Origin: Bryobacterales bacterium
GTDB lineage: Bacteria > Acidobacteriota > Terriglobia > Bryobacterales > UBA6623
Assembly (NCBI GenBank): GCA_965224215.1
Contig: CBDCYS010000039.1
Location: 193,705 to 257,704, forward strand
DNA length: 64,000 nucleotides
Direction: 5' to 3'
Shown: positions 61,596-64,000 of the stretch, one piece after another
Numbering within the stretch: the first letter of the stretch is position 1
Layout: each line of letters opens with the position of its first letter
Position numbers and translations under genes: made by a program
The notes under the pieces: model-generated
Database searches by the model: none
Told to the model about the DNA's origin: nothing
What the model saw: the letters and a program-made list of their open reading frames with translations, nothing else

Positions 61596-63986
61596 ATGGA
61601 CTTTCTTGAGGCGCTCAATCCCCAGCAAAAGAAAGCAGTCATCCACGCGGACGGGCCGCTGCTGATCCTGGCCGGTGCCGGCAGCGGAAAAACACGCGTC
61701 ATCATTTCTCGGATGGCCTACCTGATCCGTGAGAAAGCGGTCCCGCCCTATTCGCTTCTCGCTGTCACGTTTACAAACAAAGCGGCGGAGGAAATGCGCA
61801 ATCGGGTCGCTCGCCTGCTCGAGAAGCCGGAAGGCGCGGCACGCCCGCTGCCGGTCGTTTCTACATTTCACTCTTTCTGTGTGCGCCTACTGCGAGGTCA
61901 CGGGGCGCCGCTGAGCGAGGTTCGTCCGGGGTTCACGACACGGTTCAATATCTACGACGACTCCGATCAGCTCTCGGTGGTGAAGTCCGTCTACAAAGAG
62001 CTGGGCCTCGACGAGACGTTCATGAAGTATCGGGCGGCGCTGGCGGCGATCAGCCAGGGGAAGAACCAGGGAAACACGCCTCGCGACTTCTATGCCTCCG
62101 CAACGAGGCCGCAAGCCGAGAAGCTGGCTGTGATATTTGAGCGGTACCAAGGGGCGCTACAGGGGTCGAATGCGCTGGACTTCGACGACCTGCTGCTCGA
62201 AGGCGTGCGGCTACTGCGCCATAGCGGGGAAGTGCGCGAAGCGATGAGTCTGCGCTACCGCTTTGTCATGGTGGACGAATACCAAGATACGAACCGTCCC
62301 CAATATGACCTGATGCGGCTTCTCTCTCCGCACAAGAACATCTGTGTCGTCGGAGACGAAGATCAGTCGATCTATAGCTGGCGTGGCGCGGATATCAACA
62401 ATATTCTTGACTTCGAGAAAGACTTCCCTGGGGCGACCGTTATCCGCCTCGAACAAAACTATCGTTCGACAAAAAAGATTCTTGCGGCCGCGAGCAGTGT
62501 CGTTGCGAACAACCTTGCGCGCAAGGGCAAAACGCTGTGGACGGATGGGGAGCCGGGCGCGAAAATCCTTTTCTATCGCGGCCCGGACGGCGAAAACGAA
62601 GCACTTTATGTGGCCGATCATATCAACCGCTACCTAAACGAAGAGGCCCGAGGACAAGCGGCCGTCCTCTACCGCACAAACTCTCAATCTCGGCAAGTAG
62701 AAGAGGCTCTGCGGCGGTACAACCGAAAGTATGTCGTCGTCGGCGGACTCAGCTTTTATCGGCGTGCTGAGGTCAAGGACTTGGTGGCCTACCTCAAGGT
62801 GACGGTGACTCCGACCGACCGTGTCAATTTACTACGTGTCATCAACACGCCGGCTCGCGGCATCGGCCGGACGACGATCGAGCAGATGGAAAGCCATGCC
62901 CAACGGCACCAAATCTCGCTGTGGGAAACGATCGAGCGCATGCTTGATGAAAAGGCGTTTTCCAAGCGCGCCCATAGCGCGCTTCTTAGCTTCTGGCGAT
63001 TGATCGAGGATGCACGGCAAGAGTTGTCCCGGCTGGGAGTAGACAAGTTGCTCGAGTATCTGGCCGTCCGCAGCGGCTACCGCCAGATGCTCGAGAATGA
63101 CACCACTGTGGAGGCCCCGGGACGGCTCGAAAACATCGATGAACTGATGAACGCTGCCGCCGACGCTGCTACACGTGGTGAAGATGTCCACGCTTTCCTG
63201 GACCATGCGGCGCTGGTGTCGGAGACCGATCAGATCGACGAGCAGGCGCAGGTGTTGCTCATGTCGTTGCACGCCGCCAAAGGTCTGGAGTTTCCTCTCG
63301 TAGCCATGGTTGGCATGGAGGAGAGCCTATTCCCTCATAGCCGCAGTCTCGAGGACGAATCGGCTTTAGAAGAAGAACGCCGCCTCTGCTACGTCGGTAT
63401 GACGCGAGCCCGTAGCCGGCTGATTCTAACTTGCGCGCGCCAAAGGAGGCGCTACGGCGCCGGGGCGCCACAGCTCATGGCACCGTCGCGGTTTTTACAA
63501 GAAGTTCCCCTGGAACTGCTTGACGATCGCTCCCCTGGTCGTGGCGGGCTACAAGACGAATGGGAGAGCGACGGTGTTGACCTGCTCGTCGAACGGCACG
63601 AAGTGCGGCAAGACGTTAGCAATCGGATCGGCGACAAGAAAACTTACAACTCGGTTGAAAACATTGCAGACTTCTTTTCAGAGCGTGGCCTTCCGTTCTC
63701 TCAACGGCCAACGCAGGCGGGCGGGAAGAAGCCGCTGCAAGCGCCGGTACGCAACAAAACCGGCTCCGCTGTAGTCACCGAATTCCCGGCCCAGCGTCAG
63801 GCGCGCCCGCGGGTTCTGGGCGGCAACCCCTATCGCCTAGGCGCGAAGGTTCGCCATGCGAAATACGGAGTGGGGACGGTGATGAGAAAAGAATCCGTCG
63901 GCGACGATGTCAAGCTCACCGTTTTGTTTCAGAGATACGGCATGAAGAAGCTGATGAAAAAGTATGCTGGCCTGCAGCCCGCGTAG
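61596..63986 (+). CDS. pcrA: ATP-dependent DNA helicase PcrA/UvrD (SF1)
   Basis: MDFLEALNPQQKKAVIH, Walker A AGAGSGKT, DEYQDTN, VGDEDQSIYSWRGA, and VLLMSLHAAKGLEF. The track ORF begins 3 codons earlier at a GTG. Confidence 0.95.
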   Translation: MDFLEALNPQQKKAVIHADGPLLILAGAGSGKTRVIISRMAYLIREKAVPPYSLLAVTFTNKAAEEMRNRVARLLEKPEGAARPLPVVSTFHSFCVRLLRGHGAPLSEVRPGFTTRFNIYDDSDQLSVVKSVYKELGLDETFMKYRAALAAISQGKNQGNTPRDFYASATRPQAEKLAVIFERYQGALQGSNALDFDDLLLEGVRLLRHSGEVREAMSLRYRFVMVDEYQDTNRPQYDLMRLLSPHKNICVVGDEDQSIYSWRGADINNILDFEKDFPGATVIRLEQNYRSTKKILAAASSVVANNLARKGKTLWTDGEPGAKILFYRGPDGENEALYVADHINRYLNEEARGQAAVLYRTNSQSRQVEEALRRYNRKYVVVGGLSFYRRAEVKDLVAYLKVTVTPTDRVNLLRVINTPARGIGRTTIEQMESHAQRHQISLWETIERMLDEKAFSKRAHSALLSFWRLIEDARQELSRLGVDKLLEYLAVRSGYRQMLENDTTVEAPGRLENIDELMNAAADAATRGEDVHAFLDHAALVSETDQIDEQAQVLLMSLHAAKGLEFPLVAMVGMEESLFPHSRSLEDESALEEERRLCYVGMTRARSRLILTCARQRRRYGAGAPQLMAPSRFLQEVPLELLDDRSPGRGGLQDEWESDGVDLLVERHEVRQDVSNRIGDKKTYNSVENIADFFSERGLPFSQRPTQAGGKKPLQAPVRNKTGSAVVTEFPAQRQARPRVLGGNPYRLGAKVRHAKYGVGTVMRKESVGDDVKLTVLFQRYGMKKLMKKYAGLQPA

Positions 63987-64000
63987 TTTGCCTTCGGACT

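Overview
High-GC (about 60-63%) bacterial chromosomal segment. The gene content suggests Acidobacteriota (Solibacter/Bryobacter-like) or a PVC-group organism; this is inferred from the repeated PSCyt/DUF1549/DUF1553 + DUF1501 modules and the REP types, not proven. Intact housekeeping genes: uvrA, a UDP-glucuronate decarboxylase, purQ-purL-purF, the minus-strand arginine cluster argF-(MOSC)-argG-argH-argR with tandem ARG boxes, miaB and a PcrA/UvrD helicase. The rest is accessory and heavily reworked by mobile DNA. (1) A REP-associated tyrosine transposase (RAYT) is flanked by three REPIN doublets. (2) An IS630 element is split by a nested IS200 element and abuts a complete ISL3 element. (3) A full-length IS1380-family element splits an htrA/degP gene, and two >99% identical 530-bp internal-deletion derivatives (MITE-like) lie in inverted orientation 38.7 kb apart. 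(4) An IS1595 element has a frameshifted transposase. Three paralogous two-gene modules (PSCyt-DUF1549-DUF1553 protein + DUF1501 protein) occur, and four of their six genes carry frameshifts or a nonsense codon. Further lesions hit a SigZ-like sigma factor, a MOSC gene inside the arg cluster and a DinB remnant. Most indels sit in short homopolymers, so sequencing error must be excluded. Several short REP/hairpin families and two 15-bp tandem repeats are present. I found no rRNA, tRNA or CRISPR array. The candidates most worth follow-up are the MITEs that keep an in-frame mini-transposase ORF, a low-GC islet with orphan ORFs, the radical-SAM/methyltransferase/ArsI/SigZ gene string, and an orphan consensus promoter with a structured leader interrupted by a MITE. 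None of these is established as a new system from sequence alone.
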